Positions 1-9,136 are shown, counted from the first letter of the stretch. The stretch is DNA of 64,000 bases from Candidatus Giovannonibacteria bacterium RIFCSPLOWO2_02_FULL_45_28 (GCA_001780725.1 MFIM01000009.1:656-64655), one strand, 5' to 3'. The notes: a model not told the origin generated them from the sequence alone. Program-made: numbers and translations.

Positions 1-228
1 TTTCTTGCGTCTGGCATACTCAAATGCGTTGAGCAAAATTTTGTTTTTTAGCAGCCGCTCACTAAAAGTATTGCAATCCTCTTGTTCTGCTTGTGGCACA
101 CTGCAGGTTACGCGTTCAAGAGCGTGTTCCAACAATGCCGCTTGATCTATTGCCGAATCGTGCGACATAACAATTTGTGGAACAAACAAAACTGCTACTA
201 CCGCAATGCCCATAATAGTAAATTTCAC
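1..228 (-). CDS. partial hypothetical secreted protein (C-terminus beyond window edge)
   Basis: Minus-strand reading from GTG at 228 (ATG also at 213), with GGAGA upstream, gives VKFTIMGIAVVAVLFVPQIV.. which is signal-peptide-like. It runs off the window edge. The + ORF 82..264 is its antisense. Confidence 0.3.
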   Translation of the reverse strand, partial: MKFTIMGIAVVAVLFVPQIVMSHDSAIDQAALLEHALERVTCSVPQAEQEDCNTFSERLLKNKILLNAFEYARRKK

Positions 229-280
229 GTCACTCTCCTTGTTTTTGATCTAAAAATAAGCTAGCATATTGTTGTAAAAC

Positions 281-1459
281 ATGTCAAATAGCCTAAAGAA
301 AAAAGTGTTCGTAGCAATGAGCGGGGGAGTGGATTCGTCCGTGGCAGCTTTGTTGCTCAAAGAAAAAGGCTACGACGTGACCGGGGCGCATATGATTTGC
401 TGGGAGGGCTGCGAGAACAATGAAGACAAGCAAGACGCGATGAGGGTGGCGGCAAAACTCGGCATTCCGTTTTTGGTTTGGGATTTTAAAAAAGAATACC
501 GCGAGGATGTTTTTAATTATATGGTGGGCGAATACGCAGCTGGACTCACGCCGAATCCGGATGTGATGTGCAATAAGGAAATTAAGTTCGGGGTATTTTT
601 GAAAAAAGCGCTGAAAGCGGGGGCTGATTTTATCGCGACGGGACATTATGTACGGCTATGGCCCAGCTTACTTTCTCAAACCGATAATTCGTCGGCTCCT
701 GCGGCCGCCGATTATCTGCATTCTCGTCCCGAGAACTTTTGCTTCGCAAAAGACCAAGCTTCTCGGGACTGCGAAAGCTTTTCGAAAGCAAGCGGGACCA
801 TCGCTCTTCTTTCAGCGAAAGATCGCAATAAAGATCAAAGCTATTTCTTGTGGACTTTGACACAGAATCAGCTCCGACATTGTCTGTTTCCCATCGGCGA
901 TTATTTAAAAAGCGAAGTCCGAAAAATTGCGCTGGAAGCCGGATTGCCGGTAGCTGCGAAGCCGGATTCACAGGGGCTTTGTTTTGTCGGCAAAGTTGAT
1001 TTTCAGGAATTTTTGCGCGGGATTTTGCCACAAAAGACGGGAGAGGTTTTTTCTTCCGACGGGCGAGCGCTTGGAGAACACGAAGGCGCGCATTTCTACA
1101 CAATCGGCCAGCGGCACGGTTTTGCTTTGGGCGGACAGCCGGAACCTGTTTATATTGCGGAGAAAAACATTGCGGCTAACACTTTGGTTGTGGCGCGCGG
1201 TGCGGACGATCCTGTTTTGTATAAAAAAGAATTGGTGGTGGAAAATTTTAACTGGGTAGGCGGAATTCCGAAGATGCCTTTTTCGTGCCAAGCGCGCATT
1301 CGTTATCGCCAGCCGCTCCATAAGGCAACTCTCTATAAACTATCAACTACAAATCATAAACTGATTTTCGACGTTCCGCAGCGGGCAGTCGCTCCAGGCC
1401 AGTCAATAGTTTTTTACACAGAGGCTGGCGAGATGTTGGGAGGTGGTATAATAAAATGA
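281..1459 (+). CDS. mnmA: tRNA-specific 2-thiouridylase MnmA
   Basis: PP-loop SGGVDSS near the N-terminus, plus the conserved ATGHY and NKDQSYFL motifs. Carries a roughly 45-aa low-complexity insertion after ATGHYVR. Confidence 0.85.
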   Translation: MSNSLKKKVFVAMSGGVDSSVAALLLKEKGYDVTGAHMICWEGCENNEDKQDAMRVAAKLGIPFLVWDFKKEYREDVFNYMVGEYAAGLTPNPDVMCNKEIKFGVFLKKALKAGADFIATGHYVRLWPSLLSQTDNSSAPAAADYLHSRPENFCFAKDQASRDCESFSKASGTIALLSAKDRNKDQSYFLWTLTQNQLRHCLFPIGDYLKSEVRKIALEAGLPVAAKPDSQGLCFVGKVDFQEFLRGILPQKTGEVFSSDGRALGEHEGAHFYTIGQRHGFALGGQPEPVYIAEKNIAANTLVVARGADDPVLYKKELVVENFNWVGGIPKMPFSCQARIRYRQPLHKATLYKLSTTNHKLIFDVPQRAVAPGQSIVFYTEAGEMLGGGIIK

Positions 1460-3216
1460 TTATGTCGGCGAGCGAACTTAGAGAAAAATTTTTGGATTTT
1501 TTTAAAGAACACGGACACAAAATCGTGCCATCGTCTTCGTTGATACCCGATGACCCGTCAGTGCTTTTGACTACCGCCGGAATGCAGCAGTTTAAGCCTT
1601 ATTTTTTAGGCAAGGCAGATCCGATAAAGGATTTTGGTGGCAAGCGCGCAACTTCTATTCAAAAGTGTTTTAGAACTTCCGACATAGACGAAGTGGGGGA
1701 CGAATCGCACCTGACTTTTTTTGAAATGCTGGGGCACTTTTCGTTCGGTGATTATTTTAAGAAAGAGACCATCGCGTGGACTTATGAATTGCTGACCGAA
1801 ATTTTTAATATCGCGCCGGAACGGATTTCGGCCACGGTTTTTGCTGGTGATGAAAAAATTCCGTTTGACAAAGAATCATATAATGCATGGGCCGAATTTT
1901 TGCCGTCGGAGCGTATTCGCAAGGGTTCGCGCGCGGATAATATGTGGGGACCGGCTGGACCGGAAGGTCCTTGCGGTGCAGCCAATGAGGTTTATGTGGA
2001 CAATCTTGAGGTGGCTACCCTCGTTTTTATGGAATATTTTTGCGCCAAAGATCAAAGCTTAACGCCGCTTCCGCAAAAGGGTGTTGATGTTGGTTGGGGA
2101 TTTGAGCGACTGGCTATGATAGTTCAAGGCACAAAAACTATTTTTGAAACGGATTTGTTTGAGCCGATTGCGCAACTGATAAAGGATAACTCTGGATCAG
2201 AAGATGTAAAAGGGATACGTATAGTTGCTGATCACGTTCGTGCCGCTACTTTTATGATTGCGGATGGGATTAAACCATCAAATACCGATCGAGGATATAT
2301 CTTGAGAAGATTATTACGGCGTGCTCGGTATTATTATAATTCGCTAGGAGCTTACGATAAAGCGTTAGGAGAACTTGTTGATCATGTGGTTCCTATCTAT
2401 AAAGAAACAAATTACGGATTAAATGGGAAAATACCTATCATCGATGAAATTATTACTTCAGAGGAAATGACATTTTCAGCTCATCTTGGATTTGGAAAAA
2501 AACTATTAGAGAAAATTATTAAGAATGATGGCCGTATTTCTGGAGAAAATGCATTTTTGCTTCATTCTACTTACGGTTATCCATTTGAACTCATACTTGA
2601 TATTGCTAAAGAAAACAATATGGAAGTTGATGAAAATGGATTTCAAGAAAAACAGAAAGCCCATCAGGAAATCTCCCGGGCTGGGGTTGAGAAAAAATTC
2701 GGGGGGCACGGGCTTTTGCTGGACAATGGGGAATTGAAAGCCGCAAACGAAGAAGAATTGAAAAAAGTGACAAGGTTGCACACGGCAACGCATCTTTTGC
2801 AGGCGGCTTTAAGAAAAGTTTTGGGGGAAGGAGTAAAACAAGCAGGCAGCGACATCACTGCCGAGCGCACAAGATTTGATTTTACTTTTGAGAGAAAACT
2901 TACCGACGAAGAAATAAAAAAAGTTGAGGATTCTGTAAATTTCGCAATTTCGCAAAAATACGATGTGCAAAAAAAAGAGATGCCGCATGAAGACGCGATA
3001 AAATCGGGCGCCCTGCATTTTTTTAAGGAAAAATACCCCCCCATGGTCAATGTATATTCGGTGGGCAATTTCAAAACCGACCCGCCGGAAATTTTCTCAA
3101 GAGAGCTTTGCGGCGGCCCGCATGTCAAAAACACCTCCGAAATTGGCCGTTTTAAAATATTAAAGCAAGAACCCGTCGGCTCCGGCCTCCGCCGCCTCCG
3201 CGCAACAGTCTATTAA
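1456..3216 (+). CDS. alaS: alanyl-tRNA synthetase, compact form lacking the C-Ala domain
   Basis: N-terminus ELREKFLDFF and the editing-domain HxxxH (HTATHLL) and CGGPHV motifs are present. Only 586 aa. The start may be the ATG at 1462. Confidence 0.85.
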   Translation: MIMSASELREKFLDFFKEHGHKIVPSSSLIPDDPSVLLTTAGMQQFKPYFLGKADPIKDFGGKRATSIQKCFRTSDIDEVGDESHLTFFEMLGHFSFGDYFKKETIAWTYELLTEIFNIAPERISATVFAGDEKIPFDKESYNAWAEFLPSERIRKGSRADNMWGPAGPEGPCGAANEVYVDNLEVATLVFMEYFCAKDQSLTPLPQKGVDVGWGFERLAMIVQGTKTIFETDLFEPIAQLIKDNSGSEDVKGIRIVADHVRAATFMIADGIKPSNTDRGYILRRLLRRARYYYNSLGAYDKALGELVDHVVPIYKETNYGLNGKIPIIDEIITSEEMTFSAHLGFGKKLLEKIIKNDGRISGENAFLLHSTYGYPFELILDIAKENNMEVDENGFQEKQKAHQEISRAGVEKKFGGHGLLLDNGELKAANEEELKKVTRLHTATHLLQAALRKVLGEGVKQAGSDITAERTRFDFTFERKLTDEEIKKVEDSVNFAISQKYDVQKKEMPHEDAIKSGALHFFKEKYPPMVNVYSVGNFKTDPPEIFSRELCGGPHVKNTSEIGRFKILKQEPVGSGLRRLRATVY

Positions 3217-3230
3217 TAAACCGTTGTTTT

Positions 3231-3276
3231 AAATCTTACCGTTTCACAGCCATAGCGGTCAAGTGGTACAATTTTT
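3231..3276 (+). repeat. 46-nt hairpin plus T-run element, copy 1 (terminator-like, downstream of alaS)
   Basis: aaatcttaccgtttcacagccatagcggtcaagtggtacaattttt; 41/46 identical to copy 2 at 3903..3948. The stem is kept through G-T wobbles. Confidence 0.6.
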
Positions 3277-3293
3277 AATTGTTGTTAATTTGC

Positions 3294-3863
3294 TTATGTT
3301 AAGCTGAAATATTGTTTTAGATGCAATTCATTGTCAATTTGATGGGCGAGTATTGTTCGGACATACGGACGCAGATTGAAAAACTCAATTACAAAATCAA
3401 CTTCACTACCGCATTCAAAAGGATGGACAAAAACGCTTTTTTGTAGTCTATAAAAACCCATGTTTTTTAATGCTTTTGCTAAGGCATCCCGCGCTTTTTT
3501 ATGGCGCTCTGGAATGTCAAACAATATTATGCGCCATTTTTTATCCCATTTTTTCATTTCTGGCACCCTGATTGTGTCTATGTTGTAAGTTGTGGCCCTT
3601 TTGCGTCCTTGTTCTGTCAAAACGATGGTCGTAGTATCGTCTTTGTTTTCTTTAATATCAACAAGGCGCGATCTATACAAATTTCTTATTGTGCGTCTGA
3701 GAGTGTGCTGATTGATTTTCTGCCAATCTTTCTTTATTGTTTCTATGGTGCGCCAATATTGTTTTGGTGATCGAGCAAATCCTAAAACAACCCCTCCCAA
3801 CAACAGCAGCAAAACTTTTTGAGCAGTTGGCCCGAGCCTTTTCTCTAAATATTTTTTTCTCAT
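3294..3863 (-). CDS. PaaX-like putative transcriptional regulator (Cas2-fold C-terminal domain) with N-terminal hydrophobic segment
   Basis: WRIILFDIPERHKKARDALAKALKNMGFYRLQKSVFVHP resembles the PaaX/Cas2-like fold. The family assignment is from memory only. Confidence 0.4.
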   Translation of the reverse strand: MRKKYLEKRLGPTAQKVLLLLLGGVVLGFARSPKQYWRTIETIKKDWQKINQHTLRRTIRNLYRSRLVDIKENKDDTTTIVLTEQGRKRATTYNIDTIRVPEMKKWDKKWRIILFDIPERHKKARDALAKALKNMGFYRLQKSVFVHPFECGSEVDFVIEFFNLRPYVRTILAHQIDNELHLKQYFSLT

Positions 3864-3902
3864 TGATTTATATATTCATATTTACTAGTTGCGTGGCTGT
3901 GG

Positions 3903-3948
3903 AAATCTTACCATTTCACAGCTATAGCGGTCAAATGGTAAGATTTTT
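3903..3948 (+). repeat. 46-nt hairpin plus T-run element, copy 2
   Basis: aaatcttaccatttcacagctatagcggtcaaatggtaagattttt. Perfect 10-bp stem cttaccattt/aaatggtaag followed by a T-run. Confidence 0.6.
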
Positions 3949-4014
3949 GGGATGGTAATTTGGACTGGAGATAGTAATTTTGGGAGTTTTTTTGGGTGAA
4001 CTTGAGGATTTGAA

Positions 4015-4060
4015 GGAAAAAAATGAAAGAAAAAAGCCGGGGCTAAAGATTTGCCTCGGC
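4015..4060 (-). terminator. putative intrinsic terminator for the 4093..4398 gene
   Basis: On the minus strand, hairpin AGCCGAGG..CCCCGGCT followed by TTTTTTCTTTCATTTTTTT. Confidence 0.4.
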
Positions 4061-4092
4061 TGAATTGACCTTTTAATCTCAACCTTATCTGG

Positions 4093-4398
4093 CTATCGGA
4101 TTTTCCTTACAAAGATCCCCGGAAAGTCATTGAAAAGCTTACCTAGTCTATTGTGTGGTTTCACTAACTGAGGATCTATCTTAAACACGAAGCGGAGTGT
4201 GAGCATAATTGTTGCCCTTATCACCACCGCAGCAAACAAACCAGCGATTCCTCCCAAGAGAAATGACTCTGTAAGAAACAGCACGGACATTCCAACCAAA
4301 AGTAGGGTTGGTAGCCACGATTCATCCAACAAGAAACGACTGAATTCAGGGATTGGCTTAAGCTTCCTGGGTTCTTCCTTGTGCTGATTTTTGTCCAT
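4093..4398 (-). CDS. small hypothetical membrane protein (2 predicted TM helices)
   Basis: Strong GGAGGAG RBS 2 nt before the ATG. Hydrophobic segments LLLVGMSVLFL and GGIAGLFAAVVI. Terminator immediately downstream. Confidence 0.5.
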   Translation of the reverse strand: MDKNQHKEEPRKLKPIPEFSRFLLDESWLPTLLLVGMSVLFLTESFLLGGIAGLFAAVVIRATIMLTLRFVFKIDPQLVKPHNRLGKLFNDFPGIFVRKIR

Positions 4399-4493
4399 AA
4401 CTCCTCCGTGTGTGGTTTATTTCCAAGCTGCCGTGTAATTCGCTCGGCAACAAAGCGTTATCTCTGTTTTTTAAGCTAGCACACGACAAAAAT

Positions 4494-4511
4494 CTTGTCA
4501 ATAGTGACAAG
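4494..4511. promoter_or_regulatory. perfect inverted repeat CTTGTCA-ATAG-TGACAAG overlapping a putative -35 upstream of the aminotransferase gene
   Basis: 7-bp arms read directly from the sequence. A TGcTATATT extended -10-like box lies at 4526..4534. Confidence 0.3.
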
Positions 4512-4581
4512 TGGCGTGGTTTTGGTGCTATATTGTTGGTAGAATTTGTCCTGTTTCCGAAAGGATCGGAGGAATTTGAAA

Positions 4582-5895
4582 ATGCGATATTTGGGACCGA
4601 GAACGGCGGCTTATTACGAAAGAATGCGAAAAGTGCTTTTTTCTACAACGGTTGAAGATTATAGACCGGTATTGAAGAAAGGTGAGGGTGTGCGTGTTCA
4701 GGATATTGACGGCAACGAATTTCTTGATTTCACATCGCAAGTTGGCAAGACAAGCACTGGCCACAGACCGGAAGAAGTTGTAAGCGCTATTTGCGAACAG
4801 ACTAAGCATTTAATTGGGGTTATCGCCAACGATTTTCAATTTTCTTGCAAGCACAATACAGGAAGCCTTTTGGGAGAAGAAGTTTCTCCGGTGCGTCTCG
4901 CGGAAGAGCTGATTCGCCTGACTCCGGTGCCTCATCCGAAAAAAGTTATTTTTGATGTTTCCGGCGCGACTGCCGTAAACGCGGCCAGCAAGATTTGTGT
5001 GGCCGCAAAACCCAAGCGCGGTTGGTTCGGAGCTTTCAGGCTTGCTTTTCACGGACGGCACGGATTTAGCTTGGACATTTCCAGTTCCAAACAAATCCAC
5101 AAATTTCTGCATCGGGACGGAATTCCGGTTTTGCGTTTTCCATTCCCAGCTCGCGGAATGCCGTTTGAAAGATATAAAACTGAATTTTTAAATACGATAA
5201 ACGGATACAAAGACGCCATTAACGCCATTTTTGTTGAGATTGTGCAGGGCGAGGGGGGAATAAATATTCCGGAAATTAAGTCTTTGAATATGATCAGGCG
5301 TGAAATTAAGAAAATCGGAGCGCTTTTTGTGGCGGATGAAATTCAAACCGGTTTGGGAAGATGCGGGAAAATGTTTGCGTCAGAATATTTAAACGATCCG
5401 CCGGATATGATAATTCTTTCAAAGGCTCTTGGGGCCGGATTGCCGATAGGCGCGGTGGTTTCCAGATGCGATATTTTGCCGAACGGCGATATTCCAAAAA
5501 GCGCGCACTCCGGAACAATGCCAGCAGACCCTTTGGCTGTGGCCGCGGCGTTAGCCAATCTGCATTTAATTGAGGAAAAATGTCTTGTGCGAAATTCGGA
5601 AAAAATGGGGCGCTATCTTACGGAAAGTCTGCATCGGGTTGCTGATGGCAATCCTGTCGTGGTTGATATTGACAACCTTGGCGGGCTGATGGTGAGAGTT
5701 GAGATGGCATCCAGAGAGGCCGCTGAAAAAGTTATTTGCGCCTGCCTTTCCGAAGAACCCGGGCTTCTCCTTATAGAGGCTGGCCAGAAAACTATCCGCT
5801 TTATGCCCCCGCTAATTGTGACTAAAGAAGAAATTGATTTGGCGCTTTCTATTTTTGCAAAAGCTCTAAATTCACTAAAAAGCCCCCTATGGTGA
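4582..5895 (+). CDS. class III PLP-dependent aminotransferase (acetylornithine/GABA aminotransferase family)
   Basis: DEIQTGLGRCGKMFA and the PLP-lysine context ILSKALGAGLPIGAV. GGAGG RBS 8 nt before the ATG at 4582; the ORF track starts it at 4546. Confidence 0.75.
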   Translation: MRYLGPRTAAYYERMRKVLFSTTVEDYRPVLKKGEGVRVQDIDGNEFLDFTSQVGKTSTGHRPEEVVSAICEQTKHLIGVIANDFQFSCKHNTGSLLGEEVSPVRLAEELIRLTPVPHPKKVIFDVSGATAVNAASKICVAAKPKRGWFGAFRLAFHGRHGFSLDISSSKQIHKFLHRDGIPVLRFPFPARGMPFERYKTEFLNTINGYKDAINAIFVEIVQGEGGINIPEIKSLNMIRREIKKIGALFVADEIQTGLGRCGKMFASEYLNDPPDMIILSKALGAGLPIGAVVSRCDILPNGDIPKSAHSGTMPADPLAVAAALANLHLIEEKCLVRNSEKMGRYLTESLHRVADGNPVVVDIDNLGGLMVRVEMASREAAEKVICACLSEEPGLLLIEAGQKTIRFMPPLIVTKEEIDLALSIFAKALNSLKSPLW

Positions 5896-5938
5896 AGTGG
5901 GGGTTTTTGTTATGCCGGAAATTTGTTACAATATAATT

Positions 5939-7084
5939 ATGGCTTTTGGCTTTTTTAAGAAAGAGGGCGGCAAGACGCATATTTTGGCGATAGATTTGGG
6001 CACCGCCTCCATATCGGCAGCTATGGCTGTCAGGCAAGAAGGTAAAAAAACAGAAGTTTTGAAAGTTTTTAGATATCCAATAGATTTATTTGAATATCAA
6101 ATAGCGGGAGGTGCACAGCTGCCGCATATTTTTAAAGAAGGATTTTTAAGGGTTTTTAAGGACGCCCATGTGATTTCTGACCACTTGGACGTTGTAGCAG
6201 TTGGACTTTCCGACCCGTTTTTTTTGGATAAAAAAAAGCAAAGAAAAGTTACGCGTTCCAATCCGGCCGCGGCGATTACCGCCGAAGAGATAAATTCTTT
6301 GGTAAAAACATCGGAAAGCGAAATCGCGGCGCAAAATTTGGCAATTGTACGGCGGAACATTTTAAATACGCAAGTTAACGGTTATGATGTTAGAAACGCA
6401 TCGGGTTATAAAGGGAAGACTTTGGCAATAGAAATGATGTTTACTTCAATAAGCGCGACCTTGAAAGAATATATAGAGGGCGCGAAAGATAAATTTTTCC
6501 CAAAAAGCGCAATTTCTTATTACTCCGATGCCGCGATTTTCCGCGAAGCGCTGAGGGCCGCTGGAAATCTTTCCGAGCCGCGCATTGTAATTGACATAGG
6601 CGGAGAGGTGACAGGCATTTTCTTGGTCGACGATTTGATGTTTCAACACTACGGCGCGGCCGCTTTCGGCATACGCACCTTGGCGCGGAGAATTGCATCA
6701 TCTTTAAAAATAGATGCGGCAGACACAGATTCTTTGCTGAAAAAATATACAGCCGGCACTTTAGACGATGCCGCTCAAGCGAAAATTTCAAGGATTATCG
6801 CTTCGGCTTTGGCTGATTGGTGGTTGTCTTTGAAAAATACGTTTAAACAATTTGCGGAAACGGCCGCAATGAAGAAAGTAATGCTTTCCGGCGGCGGCGT
6901 TGATTTTCCGGCCTTCCCCACGTTTTTAAAAGAGAATTTTAAAAAAGATTTTAACATTGAAGTTGACGTCCTGATTTTGCGCGCCGAAGTCTTTAAGGAT
7001 TTTTTTGAGATAGCTTCTCAAAATTTGCTTTCCGGCGGCGGCGACATTGTTTTGGCTTCATTAGTTCTTCTTGCGCCATGGTGA
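5939..7084 (+). CDS. actin-like ATPase, PilM/FtsA-like
   Basis: MAFGFFKK..ILAIDLGTASI resembles a PilM N-terminus (M.F..KK..GIDIG.S.K). Likely start is the ATG at 5939. Confidence 0.5.
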   Translation: MAFGFFKKEGGKTHILAIDLGTASISAAMAVRQEGKKTEVLKVFRYPIDLFEYQIAGGAQLPHIFKEGFLRVFKDAHVISDHLDVVAVGLSDPFFLDKKKQRKVTRSNPAAAITAEEINSLVKTSESEIAAQNLAIVRRNILNTQVNGYDVRNASGYKGKTLAIEMMFTSISATLKEYIEGAKDKFFPKSAISYYSDAAIFREALRAAGNLSEPRIVIDIGGEVTGIFLVDDLMFQHYGAAAFGIRTLARRIASSLKIDAADTDSLLKKYTAGTLDDAAQAKISRIIASALADWWLSLKNTFKQFAETAAMKKVMLSGGGVDFPAFPTFLKENFKKDFNIEVDVLILRAEVFKDFFEIASQNLLSGGGDIVLASLVLLAPW

Positions 7085-8370
7085 ACAATAAGGAAAATTT
7101 CAATCCAAATATTGTGCCGTCCAGCGGCAAACGGATTATTTCTGATGTAATTGTAACTCCCCAAAAAGAGATTGCTTCACGGTTTTTTCGCGAGCCCAAT
7201 CCGATTATCAAGCCGCGCGCTCCAAAACGGAGAATTGGGCAAAAGAAAGCATTTTTTTCTTTTATGATTTTGCTTGTTTTTTTGCTTGGTTGGGGGACTC
7301 TGGGCGCGAGGATGGAGGTAATTTTATCGCCAAAAATAGTTGCCGCGCCGGTTGATAAGGCTTTGGCTTTAACTAAAATTCAGGGAAACGGCAAGCTTGT
7401 TTTTAGAACTTTGTCTTTGCCGGACGCCAGGAGCGGCGAGTTTAAGGCTACCGAAAAAAAATCGCAGGAAAGCCGCGCGGAAGGAATAGTGGTTATTTTT
7501 AATAAAGCCAAGGAATCGCAGGTTTTAATAGCCTCTACGAGGCTGGAGTCTTCCGATGGGAAAATTTACCGCATCCCGCGTACCATTGTTGTGCCCGCTT
7601 CAAAGCAGGAGGGCGGCAAAACTATTCCGGGCTCTGTAGAAATTACAGTTATGGCGGATAAAACCGGCAATGAATATAATTTGGGACTTTCAGATTTTAC
7701 CCTGCCGGGACTTAAGGGCTCGCCGAAGTACGAGTTGGTTTTCGGAAGATCCAAAACGGAAATGCGGGGAGGCGCATCCGGCGAACAAACGGTTGTGGGG
7801 AAAAGCGATGTAAAAGAAGCCGCCGCTCAATTATTTTTGCAAGCAGGCCGCGAAGCCGCTAATTTGTTATTAAACAAGATCCCGCCCGGCGAGTTTTTGT
7901 TGCCGCCATCGGCAGAGTATGCCGCTTTAAATGAAAACTTAAATCCGGCTGTCGGCGCGATTGCGGAACGTTTTAAATTTACAATGGAAGGCGAAGTAAA
8001 GGGTGCCACTGTATCGCGCGGCGAGCTTGAAAAAGCGCTTTTTAAAGACAGCCCGGTTGTTTCCGGTTTGGATATTTCCAAGTTGCGAATTAAGAATCTT
8101 GATAAGCTGGATATTAAAATAATAGGTTATAAATTTGAAGCTGCTAATTTCAATGCGCTGATTTCGGGGAAGATGGAGATAGAAGGGGTGGTTGAACCAG
8201 ATGCTGTTAAAAGTTTTTTGGAAGAGCGCGCTGTTTTAGACGCAGATTCGGTTTTAAGCGCTTTCCCGGAGCTTGCCAGAGCCGAGTTAAGGCTGCGGCC
8301 TTTTTTGGCAATGCCCTTTTATCGTTGGCTTCGCAGGGTCCCGACCCGTATTGACATTGTTTTAGAGTAA
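7078..8370 (+). CDS. hypothetical bitopic membrane protein (possible pilus-assembly partner of the PilM-like gene)
   Basis: About 60-aa cytoplasmic N-terminus, one TM (FFSFMILLVFLLGWGTLG), large extracytoplasmic domain. Start overlaps the upstream gene. Confidence 0.35.
   Translation: MVNNKENFNPNIVPSSGKRIISDVIVTPQKEIASRFFREPNPIIKPRAPKRRIGQKKAFFSFMILLVFLLGWGTLGARMEVILSPKIVAAPVDKALALTKIQGNGKLVFRTLSLPDARSGEFKATEKKSQESRAEGIVVIFNKAKESQVLIASTRLESSDGKIYRIPRTIVVPASKQEGGKTIPGSVEITVMADKTGNEYNLGLSDFTLPGLKGSPKYELVFGRSKTEMRGGASGEQTVVGKSDVKEAAAQLFLQAGREAANLLLNKIPPGEFLLPPSAEYAALNENLNPAVGAIAERFKFTMEGEVKGATVSRGELEKALFKDSPVVSGLDISKLRIKNLDKLDIKIIGYKFEAANFNALISGKMEIEGVVEPDAVKSFLEERAVLDADSVLSAFPELARAELRLRPFLAMPFYRWLRRVPTRIDIVLE
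8347..8366 (+). repeat. 20-bp direct repeat, copy 1 (3' end of the 7078..8370 gene)
   Basis: cgtattgacattgttttaga, identical at 8860..8879. Encodes the C-terminal RIDIVLE. Confidence 0.7.
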
Positions 8371-8386
8371 GTGCTATTTTGAGTAT

Positions 8387-8602
8387 ATGACCACGTTAAC
8401 CATTCCGCGGCCGATGATAAAAAGCGACGATTTAGTTGTTTTGGGTCGCAAGGATTTTGAGCGGTTGGCGAAAGAAAACAAAGAGTTGCGTTTGGCGGTC
8501 AAAGCAATCGTAGTTGGGGAATTGGAATTGCGCCACGGCAAGACTCGGACTTTTAAGGATTTCCTGAAGACAGAGTTTCCCAAATATGCCAAAAGTTTCT
8601 AG
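8387..8602 (+). CDS. putative antitoxin of a type II TA pair
   Basis: 71 aa. Overlaps the downstream RelE/ParE-like gene by 17 nt. Confidence 0.45.
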   Translation: MTTLTIPRPMIKSDDLVVLGRKDFERLAKENKELRLAVKAIVVGELELRHGKTRTFKDFLKTEFPKYAKSF

Positions 8603-8855
8603 CTCTCATACGACATCGCATTTTGAAGATCAATTTGAGAAATTACCAAAAAGCGTTCAGAGGATCGCGGTTAAAAAAATTCTCTTATTTGAAGAAAACC
8701 AGTTTCATCCAAGTTTAAATACCCATAAACTAAAAGGCCCATTGGCTAATTTCTGGGCTTTTTCTATAAGTAAGGACTATAGAGTTTTATTTAGGTTTCT
8801 AGAAAATAACGCGGTTATTTATTATGATATTGATACTCATGACATCTATAAATAG
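8586..8855 (+). CDS. RelE/ParE-family type II toxin
   Basis: KLKGPLANFWAFSISKDYRVLFRF..VIYYDIDTHDIYK fits the RelE/ParE pattern (L.G.L..W...I..DYR..........V....I..H...Y). Confidence 0.6.
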   Translation: MPKVSSSHTTSHFEDQFEKLPKSVQRIAVKKILLFEENQFHPSLNTHKLKGPLANFWAFSISKDYRVLFRFLENNAVIYYDIDTHDIYK

Positions 8856-8859
8856 CGGT

Positions 8860-8879
8860 CGTATTGACATTGTTTTAGA
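8860..8879 (+). repeat. 20-bp direct repeat, copy 2 (after the TA pair)
   Basis: cgtattgacattgttttaga followed by agggagttaa, which would encode RIDIVLEGS-stop. Confidence 0.7.
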
Positions 8880-8890
8880 AGGGAGTTAAG

Positions 8891-8911
8891 ATGAAAGCTA
8901 TTCACGTTTAA
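8891..8911 (+). CDS. 6-codon uORF (MKAIHV) translationally coupled to infA through a TAATG overlap
   Basis: AAGGGAG RBS, then ATG at 8891, stop TAA 8909..8911 overlapping the infA ATG at 8911. Confidence 0.3.
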   Translation: MKAIHV

Positions 8912-9132
8912 TGGCTGCCTTGTCTAAAGATGCGCTTATAAAAGAGGGTCAAGTGATTGAGGCGTTGCCTTCGGCAACGTTCCGTGTTTTGTTGGAAGAC
9001 GGCTCTGAAGTTATTGCGCACCTATCCGGCAAAATGCGGGTTAATTACATTAAAGTGCTGGTAGGAGACAGGGTTTTTGTTCAATTCAGCCCATACGACG
9101 CAACAAAAGGGCGGATTATAAAAAGATTATGA
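8911..9132 (+). CDS. infA: translation initiation factor IF-1
   Basis: [59 protein letters not shown]. Confidence 0.9.
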   Translation: MAALSKDALIKEGQVIEALPSATFRVLLEDGSEVIAHLSGKMRVNYIKVLVGDRVFVQFSPYDATKGRIIKRL

Positions 9133-9136
9133 ACTT

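Noticed and set aside
82-264. + strand 60-aa ORF at the window start
   Set aside because: It is antisense to a better-supported minus-strand partial gene with RBS and signal peptide. No motif recognised.
3737-3958. + strand 73-aa ORF overlapping the PaaX-like gene and the second hairpin repeat
   Set aside because: Antisense to a longer, motif-bearing gene. Hydrophobic junk composition.
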